NCBI GenBank assembly: GCA_036395755.1
Contig: DASWCZ010000069.1
Location: 77,988 to 141,987, forward strand
Length of the DNA: 64,000 nt
Source: Thermoanaerobaculia bacterium
GTDB taxonomy: Bacteria > Acidobacteriota > Thermoanaerobaculia > UBA5066 > Gp7-AA6
Direction of reading: 5' to 3'
Shown: in pieces, positions 48,845 to 58,476 of the stretch
Position numbering within the stretch: the stretch's first letter is position 1
How the letters are laid out: every line of letters begins with the position of its first letter
Made by a program: the position numbers and the translations under genes
Notes under the pieces: model-generated
What the model was told of the DNA's origin: nothing
The model's input: only the letters and a program-made list of their open reading frames with translations
The model's database searches: none

Positions 48845-50728
48845 TTACCTCGCGCCGCCGCCGTGGACCGGTAGGGCGACCCCGCGCGCCGCGAACGCCG
48901 GGCGGGCCGGGACGGGCAGCGGCACCGCCTCCCCGGGCAAAGCCGGAAGCGGAACGCTCCGGCCGCGCGCGAAGACTTCGTGCCGGCCCTGGGTCTTGTA
49001 CCACTCGGCGAGCGAGGCGGTCTGGAACATCTCCTCGATGATCTTGCGCCAGCCGACGCCCGTGTTGTACGCGCAGAACGAGATCTCCCCCATCTGCGTC
49101 GCGTAGGGAATGATGCACATCTCGGTCCGCCGGAAGTCGTAGTTGAAGAGGTCCTGGAACCACATTCCGCCGATGAAGAAAACCCGCCAGGCGTAGCGCT
49201 TCTCCTTCGCGAGCCCGAGCTTCCCGCCCGTGTGGCCGTCCATGATCTTGATGACGCTCCACGGCGAGAGTCCGCCCGGGATCCCCTCACTTTTCAAGTT
49301 CCTCAGCACCGACAGGGCGACCTGCGCGGCGGTCCAGACCTTCCGGCGGCCGGAGTCGGTGATCCCCTTGACGTCCTGGAGCATCCGGTCCACGTTCAGG
49401 ATCGAAGGGACAGTCACTTTCGTTTTCGTCTCCGCGTTCACCAGGAGCATCGTGCCGATGCCGCAGTTGGGATGGCATCCGCACTTGAGCGACCCCCACT
49501 CCGCCTCGAGCCCACCCAGGAGGTCCTTCAGGTCCGAGAAAGGTCCGGATGCGGACAGCGGGTACCAGTCGGAGAGCGGCTCTCCGATTCCGGCCTGTGT
49601 CTTGGCGTCGTGGGCGAGGTGAGAAAGCGTGTAGCGCTGCTTGCGGCGGGTTTCGTCGTCGATGTCCTCGTCCCGACCCGTGAACGAGACCGGCTGGAAC
49701 GAGACCGTGTTGACCTTGTCGATGTTCTCGATCGCGAACCGGAGGATCTCGCCGACCTGGTCGTCGTTGATCCCGTTGACGATCGTCGTCACGAGCGTGA
49801 TGTCCACGCCGTGCTTGTGCAGGTTCTCGATCGCGCGCAGCTTGACGTCGTAGAGGTTGCCTACCTTGCGGTGCTGGTTGTGCTCGTTTCCGACGCCGTC
49901 GAACTGCAGGTATGCGAATCGGAGGCCCGCCTCGGCCGCCTGCCGCGCGAACTGTTCGTCCTGAGCGAACCGGATTCCGTTCGTCGCGCACTGGACCGAG
50001 AAATACCCGATCTCCCGCGCGTGGCGGATGGCGGGAAGGAAGTGCGGAGAGAGCGTGGGCTCGCCGCCCGAGAACTGGACGGAGAGCTGGCGCCGCGGTT
50101 TCACGGACGCCGCGTCGTCGAGGAGCTTCTTGACCTCGTCCCACTCGAGCTCGTGGACGTAGCCCACCTGGTTCGCGTCCATGAAGCAGGGGTTGCACAT
50201 CATGTTGCAGCGGTTGGTGAGATCGATCGTGAGCACCGCGCCCCGCCCGTACCGGATCGACGACGTCCCGTGCTCGTGCAGCCCGTCTTTCGGGATCACG
50301 AAGTCGCGGCCGGGATAGAGAGACTCGATCCGTTTGAAGAAAGCGGAGTCGATCGACATCACGTCTTCGAATAGCCCGTGCTTCGGGCAGCTCTTCCTCA
50401 TGAGAATCCGGCCATCTTCTTCGACGATCGAAGCCTTGATCTCCCCGGGATTTCCATCGACCAGGACCTTCCAGTCCGCTTCCCCGGAAAGGATCTGGGA
50501 ACGGACTTCCGTCACGCAGCGGGGGCAGAGCGAGTCGGTCTCGCGGGGAAAGCCGAGGTTCGGAAACGAACGTTCCCGCTGCTTCAGGAGGGGGGCCGGG
50601 GCCCACTTCGGCTGGAAGGATCTTTCCGGAAAGCGGCGGTCGATCGCGCGCGCGGCGCGCCAGAGCAGGTCGGCGGTCTTCGAGACTCCGCCATAAATCG
50701 CTCTTCTCACAGTCGTCGACAAATTCAT
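48845..50728 (-). CDS. Radical SAM protein, Tes/MJ0619 (tetraether lipid synthase) family
   Basis: SLCPRC...KSCPKHG N-terminal metal site, DLTNRCNMMCNPCF, FSGGEPT, YLQFDG, FQPVSFTGR, CGCHPNCG, CIIPY...SFCAYN. Confidence 0.8.
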   Translation of the reverse strand: MNLSTTVRRAIYGGVSKTADLLWRAARAIDRRFPERSFQPKWAPAPLLKQRERSFPNLGFPRETDSLCPRCVTEVRSQILSGEADWKVLVDGNPGEIKASIVEEDGRILMRKSCPKHGLFEDVMSIDSAFFKRIESLYPGRDFVIPKDGLHEHGTSSIRYGRGAVLTIDLTNRCNMMCNPCFMDANQVGYVHELEWDEVKKLLDDAASVKPRRQLSVQFSGGEPTLSPHFLPAIRHAREIGYFSVQCATNGIRFAQDEQFARQAAEAGLRFAYLQFDGVGNEHNQHRKVGNLYDVKLRAIENLHKHGVDITLVTTIVNGINDDQVGEILRFAIENIDKVNTVSFQPVSFTGRDEDIDDETRRKQRYTLSHLAHDAKTQAGIGEPLSDWYPLSASGPFSDLKDLLGGLEAEWGSLKCGCHPNCGIGTMLLVNAETKTKVTVPSILNVDRMLQDVKGITDSGRRKVWTAAQVALSVLRNLKSEGIPGGLSPWSVIKIMDGHTGGKLGLAKEKRYAWRVFFIGGMWFQDLFNYDFRRTEMCIIPYATQMGEISFCAYNTGVGWRKIIEEMFQTASLAEWYKTQGRHEVFARGRSVPLPALPGEAVPLPVPARPAFAARGVALPVHGGGAR

Positions 50729-50831
50729 TGGCATCGAGGTTTGGTGACCGCCCTTCCCTCCGTTCGTCGCCCCTCCCGGCCGGAGATTCCGGGCCGCTCG
50801 TTGACAGCGATTCTATCCGAAAACGAATCGG

Positions 50832-51938
50832 TCAACGGCCGCGCGCGTCTTCGATGAAGCGCTCCGGAGAGAAAAGACGGGGATGTTCCGCGGTCACTCG
50901 CGTGACCATATCGGCGACGAGAACTGCCGTCAGGGGCGCCAAGAGAATGCCGTTGCGGAAGTGTCCGGCGGCGAGAAAGAGGCCGGAGACAGGCGACTCG
51001 CCGATGATCGGGAAGCCGTCGGGCGTGCCCGGCCGCAGGCCGGCCCACGCACACGTCACGCGCGCGCTCTCGAGTGTCGGCGCGAGAACGAGCGCCGCGG
51101 CGAGAAGGCGGGCAACGCCGCCCGCCGTCACTTCCTTGCGGAATCCGGCTCGCTCGACGGTCGCGCCGACGAGGATCCGCCCGTTGCCGCGAGGCACCAG
51201 ATAGACGTCCTCCGAGGCGAGGACGATCGGGAACGGCTCCCTGTCGCTGAGCTCGACGATCTGCCCGCGGACCGGCTCGACCGGAATCTGGAAAGGAAGC
51301 GCGGTATCGAAATTCGCCCACGCGCCGGCGCAGTCCACCACGGAATCGGAGCGGATCGGGCCGCTCGTCGTCTCGATTCCCAGGCAGCGGCCTCTCTCGA
51401 CCAAAAACCGCGTCGCGGCCACGCCTTCGAGAACGGCGACGCCGCGGTGATCGAGAGAGCTCTCGAGAGCCCGCACGAGCGACCGGTTGTCGACGACGGC
51501 GTCCTCAGGGAAGAAGAGCCCGTGGTGGATCTCGCGCGCCGCGCGACCCGCCGACCGCCGGGCGATCTCGGTCGCCTCCAGGCGTTCGAGAGGAAGACCG
51601 GCGTCGATCTGCCATGCGAACCGCTCGAGCGATTCGGCAGCGCCGACGCGAAGAACTCCGATGCGTCGCCATCCGACGTCGATGCCGGTTTCCTCTCCGA
51701 GGAGAGCGGACCACTCGGGATACAAGTCGCGGCTTTTCCTCGCGAGATCGAAGAAGAGCGAAGGCGATTCGGCGTCCGACTGCGCGGACAGGAGTCCCGC
51801 CGCGGCGGAGGAAGCCTCGTCGCCGGTCCGTCCGCGTTCGACGACGACGACGTCGCAGCCGCGCGAGGAAAGCTCGCGCGCGAGCGAGAGACCGATGACT
51901 CCGCCGCCGACGACGACGGTGTCGGCGGACGCTTTCAT
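50832..51938 (-). CDS. thiO: Glycine oxidase ThiO family
   Basis: GGGVIG, ASSAAAGLL, PVRGQ, WAGLRP, GHFRNGILLAP. Confidence 0.85.
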   Translation of the reverse strand: MKASADTVVVGGGVIGLSLARELSSRGCDVVVVERGRTGDEASSAAAGLLSAQSDAESPSLFFDLARKSRDLYPEWSALLGEETGIDVGWRRIGVLRVGAAESLERFAWQIDAGLPLERLEATEIARRSAGRAAREIHHGLFFPEDAVVDNRSLVRALESSLDHRGVAVLEGVAATRFLVERGRCLGIETTSGPIRSDSVVDCAGAWANFDTALPFQIPVEPVRGQIVELSDREPFPIVLASEDVYLVPRGNGRILVGATVERAGFRKEVTAGGVARLLAAALVLAPTLESARVTCAWAGLRPGTPDGFPIIGESPVSGLFLAAGHFRNGILLAPLTAVLVADMVTRVTAEHPRLFSPERFIEDARGR

Positions 51939-52474
51939 CGACCCGCGAGCGCTCGCACCCGGGTGACCGCCCCGCCGGGACGATAGTAGCTGCGCGCCAG
52001 GAGGCCGATCGCCCGGACCCCGGCGTAGGTCAGAAGGCTGCCGATCGCTCCTCCGACGTGCGTCGCGAGACGGGTCTTCCCCTTCCGCTTGAGAGAAGCC
52101 GAAACTCCCTTGACGACGTTGCGACGCACGAACTCCGCGCCGCCTCCCAGGAGCAAGCTCACCGCGACCGTCGCGGCCCTCTGCTCCCGCGTCGTCGAAC
52201 GCCCATAGATCCGCGCGATCGTCAGGACCAGGCGGTTCAAAGCGAGGACCTGGTACGAGAAGTCGGCCGCCAGCGGAAGCACCGCCAGGAATCCGGGCGG
52301 TGCCGACGCGACGGCGCCGATGACGCCGCAGCGGACGGCCGTGTGGTGGATCAGTCGATCGACGAGGTCATCGCGCGAATACTCGGGATATAGGGCACGG
52401 AACTTCCGCACCTCGTCGGCGATCTTGTCGCGATCCACGTCGGTCAGGACCGTGCGCGCGAGAGCGACGTACAT
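51935..52474 (-). CDS. EcsC-like hypothetical protein
   Basis: Gly/Ala-rich hydrophobic hairpins, IARIYG; overlaps thiO start. Confidence 0.6.
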   Translation of the reverse strand: MYVALARTVLTDVDRDKIADEVRKFRALYPEYSRDDLVDRLIHHTAVRCGVIGAVASAPPGFLAVLPLAADFSYQVLALNRLVLTIARIYGRSTTREQRAATVAVSLLLGGGAEFVRRNVVKGVSASLKRKGKTRLATHVGGAIGSLLTYAGVRAIGLLARSYYRPGGAVTRVRALAGR

Positions 52475-52559
52475 GAGGAGATTTTACCGTGCTCACTCGA
52501 TCGGAATACCGTCCGAGGGACGGTGTTATCGTTCCGCGGTTGTCTCGAAAGGAGCCGAT

Positions 52560-53180
52560 GTGAAGAGCAAAACAGCGCTCACGTTTTTGCTGCTCTGCGC
52601 CCTCGCCGTCTCGGGCCAGGCGGCTCAAAAGGGGAAAAAGAAAGTGGCCGCACGCGATTACGCCAACACCCTTGCAATTCTCCAGACCGACATGGGTGAC
52701 ATCACGATCAAGTTCCACTATGACGCCGCGCCCAAGCACGTCGAGAACTTCGTCGACCTCGCCGCGAAAGGTTTTTACGACGGGACCATGTTCCACCGGG
52801 TCATCCCCGGATTCATGATCCAGGGGGGCGACCCTCTGACGAAGAAGGCGGAGGACCCCCGGCATCCGTACGGCACCGGCGGAAACGTGGTCAACGGCGC
52901 AGAGGTTCACGTGAAAGCCGAATTCAACGAGACCCCGCACAAGCGCGGCGTCGTCTCCATGGCGCGCGCGGCCGACCCCAACTCGGCGTCCTCACAGTTC
53001 TTCATCGTGGTGAAGGACTCTCCCTTCCTGGACCGGCAGTACAGCGCTTTCGGAGAAGTCGTGTCCGGAATGGAAGTCGCCGACAAGATCGCCGCCGTGC
53101 CGCGCAACGCGACCGACCGCCCGAACCAGCCCGTGCGCATCAAGAAGGTCGTGCTGAGCCAGGCGAAGTCGCTTTCCTAG
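52560..53180 (+). CDS. Cyclophilin-type peptidyl-prolyl isomerase, exported
   Basis: FYDGTMFHRVIPGFMIQGGDP, SMARA, SQFFI, FGEV; AAGGAG before GTG 52560. Confidence 0.93.
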   Translation: MKSKTALTFLLLCALAVSGQAAQKGKKKVAARDYANTLAILQTDMGDITIKFHYDAAPKHVENFVDLAAKGFYDGTMFHRVIPGFMIQGGDPLTKKAEDPRHPYGTGGNVVNGAEVHVKAEFNETPHKRGVVSMARAADPNSASSQFFIVVKDSPFLDRQYSAFGEVVSGMEVADKIAAVPRNATDRPNQPVRIKKVVLSQAKSLS

Positions 53181-53200
53181 GCCGTCCAAAGGTTCCGAGT

Positions 53201-54199
53201 TTGAGGGAGCAGGCGCCCCTCCCGGCGGGTCCCCCGATCCCTCCGGAATTCTCCGGGCTCCTGCAACTCGCTCGGCGGTCCGGCTACGAGCCGGTCTCCG
53301 TCGAGGTTCTGCCGGGCGACGTAGGGCGCCGGCGCTACGCGCGGTTCGCGCTCGCCGGAAACGAAAGCGTTCTCGGAGTCGTCTACCCTTCCGAGGAAGA
53401 CGACGCCCGGCGGCGCTGGCTCGCAGCGCGCGCGCACCTCTCCACGCGGATCCGCGTGCCGGCGCTCTACGCGCAAGACAGCTCCGGAAATCAGATCCTC
53501 GAAGACTTCGGCCCCGAAGATCTCGCTTCCCGGCTGGCGTCGAAACCGGCCGAGCGCGCAGTCTGGCTGGAGCGTGCCGCCGCGATCGCGATCACCATCG
53601 CGGAGATTTCCGATCCGGGTATCAACACGCCCTTCGATGCGGCCTTCTTCTTTCGGGAGCTCGACCTCGCGCGCGAAGCGGTCTTTGACCTCTGGCTCGG
53701 GGAGTCCTTGGACACCGGGGAGAGGGCGACGCACGACGCCTGGGCCGCGTCCCTCGCGCGCGAAATCGAAACGCATCCCCGGGTCCTGTGCCATCGTGAC
53801 TTCCACGGCAACAATCTCTTTCCGGTCGGCGAGGACGTCGCTGCGATCGACTTCCAGGACCTGCGCAGCGGACCGGACTCTTACGATCTCGCTTCGTTGC
53901 TGTGGGAGCGCACGACGCTCGAGTGGATGACGGAAGAGACCGGCGTCGTCGTCGTGCTCCACTTCGCCGACCGGCGCGGCCTCGAGTGGAAAGCTTTTTC
54001 GCGGCGATTCGACCGCGTGCTCCTTCAGCGCGCCTGGAAGGTCTGCGGAACGTTCGCTCGCGCGGTCGCTCAGGGAAAGGGACCCGTCTACCGCTGGTAT
54101 CTGCCGCGCGAGCTTGCCCTCGTGCGGCGGCTGCTCGTCGCGAGCGCGGATGACGCCTTCCGGACCGTGTTCGAGTCGCGTCTCGCCGCGCTCTGCTAA
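53201..54199 (+). CDS. Aminoglycoside-phosphotransferase-family kinase (AmgK-like)
   Basis: GD...RRY.R, EDFG, HRDFHGNN, IDFQD, YDLASLL. Confidence 0.8.
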   Translation: MREQAPLPAGPPIPPEFSGLLQLARRSGYEPVSVEVLPGDVGRRRYARFALAGNESVLGVVYPSEEDDARRRWLAARAHLSTRIRVPALYAQDSSGNQILEDFGPEDLASRLASKPAERAVWLERAAAIAITIAEISDPGINTPFDAAFFFRELDLAREAVFDLWLGESLDTGERATHDAWAASLAREIETHPRVLCHRDFHGNNLFPVGEDVAAIDFQDLRSGPDSYDLASLLWERTTLEWMTEETGVVVVLHFADRRGLEWKAFSRRFDRVLLQRAWKVCGTFARAVAQGKGPVYRWYLPRELALVRRLLVASADDAFRTVFESRLAALC

Positions 54200-54222
54200 G
54201 CTAGCAAGGTAGGAGAATCACT

Positions 54223-54405
54223 ATGGGCCGCCTTGGAGTCCCGGAACTTCTCATCATCCTCTTGATCGTTCTCGTTATCTTCGGAGCGTCGCGCCTGCCC
54301 CAGCTCGGGAAGGGGATCGGGCAGGGACTGAAGAACTTCAAGGAGGCCGTCAAACCCGAGCCGGAGCCTCCCGCGCGCGACAAGACCCCTCCTCCGCCCG
54401 TCTAA
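54223..54405 (+). CDS. tatA: Twin-arginine translocase TatA
   Basis: GVPELLII...[20 protein letters not shown]. Confidence 0.92.
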   Translation: MGRLGVPELLIILLIVLVIFGASRLPQLGKGIGQGLKNFKEAVKPEPEPPARDKTPPPPV

Positions 54406-54411
54406 ATTACG

Positions 54412-54443
54412 GTGACTTCGCGCGCTTCAGCGCGTGAAGTCAC
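54412..54443. terminator. Hairpin between convergent tatA and Fis-like genes
   Basis: GTGACTTCGCGCGCT-TC-AGCGCGTGAAGTCAC. Confidence 0.6.
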
Positions 54444-54700
54444 TTCTTCTTGTTGATGTCGGGTGAGACGGCGAAGCGGTACTGATCGCGCGGCAGACGG
54501 ATGTTCAAGAGCCCGACCTTGTTGCGAAGCGTGTTGCGATGAATCCCGAGAGAAGACGCCGCCCGGCCGAGATTTCCGGACGATCGTTTGACCGCTCCGA
54601 CGATGTACTTCTTCTCGAACTCCTTCTTCGCGAGATCGAGCGAGATGCCATGGGTGAGAAGCTCTTCGATGACTTGCTGGAGTTGAGAGTCCAGGTTCAC
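54440..54700 (-). CDS. Small Fis-type HTH protein
   Basis: FEKKYI..A.....GNLGRAA..LGIHRNTL; GGAGG before GTG 54700. Confidence 0.85.
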   Translation of the reverse strand: MNLDSQLQQVIEELLTHGISLDLAKKEFEKKYIVGAVKRSSGNLGRAASSLGIHRNTLRNKVGLLNIRLPRDQYRFAVSPDINKKK

Positions 54701-54975
54701 GTCGGCCTCCGGCGAAACGAGAGCGGCGTTGGAAGGCGCGCATCTTAGCAAACGAAATTCGCCGCGAGAAGAGTCGAGGGAGAATCTCTCGCTTCGCACC
54801 GCGGTCACGCGAGAAATAAATTTTCGTGCCAGCGCGAAGTCGACTCCCTCGCGAAGCGAGCCTTCGCGGATTGGATGAGCGATCGCGCCGGGCCGGAAGC
54901 GCGACGGTGACCCAGACGAAAAAAAGAAGAGGCGTCGGCCGCCTCTCCTGAAGTTGTTCGGAACGGCCCGGACGA

Positions 54976-55893
54976 TTATTTCAGCTCGACCTCGTCTCCG
55001 ACTTCGATGAGTCGGTAGGAGTCGGTCACCCGCCCGACGGCCCACCGGTCGCCGACGGCGAGAACCCCGATCTCTCCGAGATACGTGCGCGGGATGAACA
55101 CGCCGGGTGGGGGAGGCACGTTCACCCAGTACGCGCCGACCGGTCGGATGCCGTACTCGCGTCCGATGGCGTACCGGTAGATCGTCAGAAAGTCACCGGG
55201 CTCGACGCCGTCCGCCGCGCCCAGGTCGACCAGGATCGTGTGATCCGCCCCGACCGCGACGATACCGTCCCGCGTGGAGACGATTCGCCCCCGCACCTTT
55301 CCCGAGGGCAAGTCGCCCGCCCTGGCGGGGGGCGACTTGCGGGCGAGCGGGATCGGAATCGGCTCGAACGGCTTCAAGAACGAGCCTATCGGGATGTCCG
55401 TGCAGGAGCCGGAGATGATCGCGCTCGCCGTCCGGGCTTCCACGCTCTCGATGACGGCCCGGCCACGGTACTGGTAGAACTGGCCGAGATCCTTTCCCGT
55501 CGTGGGGTGCACGACCATCTGCTCGGGCGTGATCAGCCAGAACTCGTCTCCGATCTTGAGTCCCTTGTCATACCCAGCGTTCAGGTAGACCCGATCGCTC
55601 GTTCCGAAATCGACCTGCTCCGCGACGTTTTCGGCGCCGATGACCCGCACGGGGAAGGTTTCGTTCGGTTGACCCAGATAGCCGTAGCAGTGCACATCGC
55701 TCTCGTAGCCGACGGGCTGGGGCGCCAGCTCGACCCCCGGCGCCGGCCCGACCCGGGTGATGGTCTGCGTGGGGGGTGTGACGACGATGGTGCCGCCCGG
55801 AACTTCCCTCTTGGGAGGCGGGGTCTGGGCGACGGCGGCTGCGGCCACCAGAATTCCGGCAACGAGGGCGCCAGGACGAACGGGCGGACGCAT
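54976..55893 (-). CDS. Exported protein with two beta-barrel (FlgT-C/TsaP-like) domains
   Basis: Signal peptide; repeated VYLNAGYDKGLKIGDEF / ILVDLGAADGVEPGDF and IPIG / IEVGD motifs. Confidence 0.6.
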   Translation of the reverse strand: MRPPVRPGALVAGILVAAAAVAQTPPPKREVPGGTIVVTPPTQTITRVGPAPGVELAPQPVGYESDVHCYGYLGQPNETFPVRVIGAENVAEQVDFGTSDRVYLNAGYDKGLKIGDEFWLITPEQMVVHPTTGKDLGQFYQYRGRAVIESVEARTASAIISGSCTDIPIGSFLKPFEPIPIPLARKSPPARAGDLPSGKVRGRIVSTRDGIVAVGADHTILVDLGAADGVEPGDFLTIYRYAIGREYGIRPVGAYWVNVPPPPGVFIPRTYLGEIGVLAVGDRWAVGRVTDSYRLIEVGDEVELK

Positions 55894-55937
55894 GGCGGGC
55901 TCCTTAAGAAATTCGGAGAGACACTACTTCTGCCTTA

Positions 55938-55966
55938 AAACTACGCCTGCCTTGCGGAAGTGTCAA
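55938..55966 (-). promoter_or_regulatory. Sigma70-type promoter
   Basis: Minus strand TTGACA-N17-TAGTTT upstream of AAGGAG-ATG 55893. Confidence 0.65.
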
Positions 55967-56135
55967 CGAAGCCGGGGCTCGGGCCGCGCAAAACCGGCGC
56001 AAGCGGCAGAAGCCCATGCCCCGTGCTCGTTATTCCAAGACGCGAAGCGCCGAAAAAATCCCTCGCTTTCGAGAAGAGATCCTTCGCGGCGGACCCCAGC
56101 CTGTGCGGAGCGAAAGCGAAGGGCAGGATGACAGC

Positions 56136-56987
56136 CTAGTTCGGACTCTGGGCTTTGGACTTCGGATTCGGGCTCGCCGCAGCGGCGGCTGCTGGCTTTT
56201 CGCCTCGAGGTCCCCGTACCCTGCGCGCGTACTCGCTCGCCGGAAATTCCGCGGTGAGCCGCGCGTAGTACCGGTCCGCCTCCTGACGGCGGCCGAGCCG
56301 TTCCAGAACGCGAGCGGCGTAGAAATAGAGCTTGTCGCGTGCCCCGTACTCCGGGTACCTCTGCTCCAGGTCGATGAATCGGGCGAGCGCCGCAGAGGTC
56401 GCGCCCTTCCGCATGTAGAAGTAGCCCACACTGAACTCGTGCTCGGCGAGCGCGCCCGTCAGCACCCGGACTCTTTCCCTCGCGGCGCCCGCGAAACCGG
56501 AGGTCGGGTACTCGCGAATCAAGGCCTGGTACTGGTCGATCGCCTCGCGGGTCGGGGTCTGGTCGCGATCGGGCCGCTGCATCTCCCTGTCGTAGGTCAG
56601 CGCGAACTGGTACCGGGCATAATCACGCCGGGGAGCGCCGGGGTAACGGTTCAGGTAGTCGCGATAGCGGAACCGGGCCTCCGTGTACCCGCTCGAGCCG
56701 CCCTGCTTGAAGAAGGAGTCCGCGACGAGAAGGAGCGCGTCGCGTCCCAGCGGATCGTTGGGGTACGTCTCGAAGACGAAGGTCAGGTATTTGCGCCCCT
56801 GGTCGTACCTCTTCTTCTCGATCAGCGCCTTTCCCTTCTCGAAGAGTGTCTCTTTCGGTTTGGCGAGCAGCTCCTGTGTCAATTTGTCCGGCTTCTTCGC
56901 GCCGGAACACCCGTCCGCCAGGAGGAGAACGGCCAGCGCAGCCATCCCCCACTTCGTCCCGGTCACTCTCCCGGCCCGTCGCGTCAT
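56136..56987 (-). CDS. bamD: Outer membrane protein assembly factor BamD
   Basis: Lipobox-like ADGC; TPRs; RDQTPT..A, YPTS, LAEHEFSVGYFY. Confidence 0.85.
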   Translation of the reverse strand: MTRRAGRVTGTKWGMAALAVLLLADGCSGAKKPDKLTQELLAKPKETLFEKGKALIEKKRYDQGRKYLTFVFETYPNDPLGRDALLLVADSFFKQGGSSGYTEARFRYRDYLNRYPGAPRRDYARYQFALTYDREMQRPDRDQTPTREAIDQYQALIREYPTSGFAGAARERVRVLTGALAEHEFSVGYFYMRKGATSAALARFIDLEQRYPEYGARDKLYFYAARVLERLGRRQEADRYYARLTAEFPASEYARRVRGPRGEKPAAAAAASPNPKSKAQSPN

Positions 56988-56989
56988 CT

Positions 56990-57661
56990 TCAGATTCGCA
57001 CCCCTTCGGCGGCCGCGCGCAACCGCCCGATCGCCGCGGCGGGGTCGCTCGTCCCGTAAATCGCCGTTCCGGCGACCAGAATTTCCGCCCCGGCCGCGGC
57101 GAGAGGACCCGCGTTGTCCGCTCCGACGCCACCGTCCACCTCCACCGTCAGCCGGATTCCGCCCTCCAACGCCTCCGCCCGGAGCCGCCGGACCTTTTCG
57201 ACCGAGCCCGGCAGGAACGATTGTCCTCCCCAACCGGGGTTGACCGACATGACAACGGCGTAGTCGAGGTCGGCCCAGCACGCGGAGAGCGCTCCGGGCG
57301 GAGTCGCCGGGTTCAAAGCGGCGCCCGCTCTCGCCCCCGCTTTTCGGATGGCGGAAAGGCAGCGCTGGAGGTGCCGTGTGGCCTCCACGTGGACGGAAAC
57401 CCAGTCGGCCCCCGCGTCGAGATACTCGGCGAGCGTGCGTTCGGGCGTCTCGATCATCAGGTGAACGTCGAGCGCCAGTCGCGTCGCCGCCCGCAGCGCG
57501 CGCACGACCGGTGGTCCGATCGTGAGGTTCGGCACGAAGTGCCCGTCCATGACGTCCACGTGGACCAGGTCCGCGCCTCCCTCTTCGGCGAGCGAAAGCG
57601 CGTCGGCGAGCCGCGCAAAGTCCGCCGCGAGCAGCGACGGCGCGATCCGGAGAGAGCTCAC
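56990..57661 (-). CDS. rpe: Ribulose-phosphate 3-epimerase
   Basis: IAPSLLAADF, HVDVMDGHFVPN, MSVNPG.GGQ, VDGG. Confidence 0.96.
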   Translation of the reverse strand: MSSLRIAPSLLAADFARLADALSLAEEGGADLVHVDVMDGHFVPNLTIGPPVVRALRAATRLALDVHLMIETPERTLAEYLDAGADWVSVHVEATRHLQRCLSAIRKAGARAGAALNPATPPGALSACWADLDYAVVMSVNPGWGGQSFLPGSVEKVRRLRAEALEGGIRLTVEVDGGVGADNAGPLAAAGAEILVAGTAIYGTSDPAAAIGRLRAAAEGVRI

Positions 57662-58398
57662 GACGCCGGAGGAATCGCCGAAGCCGACTGCGAGACGGTC
57701 AGCGAGACGACGTCCCGCCGGGAGAGAGGGTACCCGGCGGGCGGAAACTGTTTCAGGACGGTATTCGGCGCGACTCCCTCGTACGTTTCGTACCGCGCGC
57801 TTCCCACCCGAAAACCGAAGGTTTCGAGGCGCGCGCGGACCTTATCCGCATCCCTGCCGACGAAGTCCGGCATGACGAATCGGAGCTCCGGCATCCCGCG
57901 GTTCGTCAGTACCTCGACGGCGCTCCCCTTGGTCGCCGGCGTCTCGGGATCCGGGCTTTGCGCAACGATTCCCGCGGACGCCTCCGCATCGCGATACCAG
58001 GAGACGGCGCCCAGCTGGAGCGACTCGCGAGCGAGCTTCAGGGCGGCCGCGCGTGGGGCGAGACCGGCCAAGTCAGGGACCTGGAGCTCGCGGGGACCGA
58101 GCGAGAGGACGAGGCGGACGACCTGGCCGGGCTTCGCGAGCGAGCCGGCCTCGGGCTGCTGGATCAAGATCCGATGCCGCGGCACCCGGTCGTCGTGCCG
58201 GGCGCGGGACGCCTGCTCCTCGACCCGCAGCCCGACGTCGTGAACGATCCGGATGGCCTCGGGAACGGACTTGCCGCCGAGGTCCGGGACGGTCACGGAG
58301 CGGCCGACGATCGAGGCGCGGAACGACAGCCAGGCCGCGAAGAGAAACGCCGCGCCGAGCAGGGCGCCGTAGAGCAGCCGGAAGAGGATGCGCGGCAC
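57658..58398 (-). CDS. PASTA-domain protein (1 TM + 3 PASTA)
   Basis: VPDLGG, VPDLAG, MPDFVG each with Q.P..G. Confidence 0.88.
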   Translation of the reverse strand: MPRILFRLLYGALLGAAFLFAAWLSFRASIVGRSVTVPDLGGKSVPEAIRIVHDVGLRVEEQASRARHDDRVPRHRILIQQPEAGSLAKPGQVVRLVLSLGPRELQVPDLAGLAPRAAALKLARESLQLGAVSWYRDAEASAGIVAQSPDPETPATKGSAVEVLTNRGMPELRFVMPDFVGRDADKVRARLETFGFRVGSARYETYEGVAPNTVLKQFPPAGYPLSRRDVVSLTVSQSASAIPPAS

Positions 58399-58476
58399 GG
58401 CGAAACGCTAACACAACCATTTGCTTCCGAACGTCCTTGACTGACCGGCCCGGCGCTTGCACACTCGGCGTTCTCG

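Noticed and set aside
54815-54832. Sigma54-like TGGCACG upstream of the Fis-like gene
   Set aside because: The -12 GC is absent (TGGCACGAAAATTTAT).
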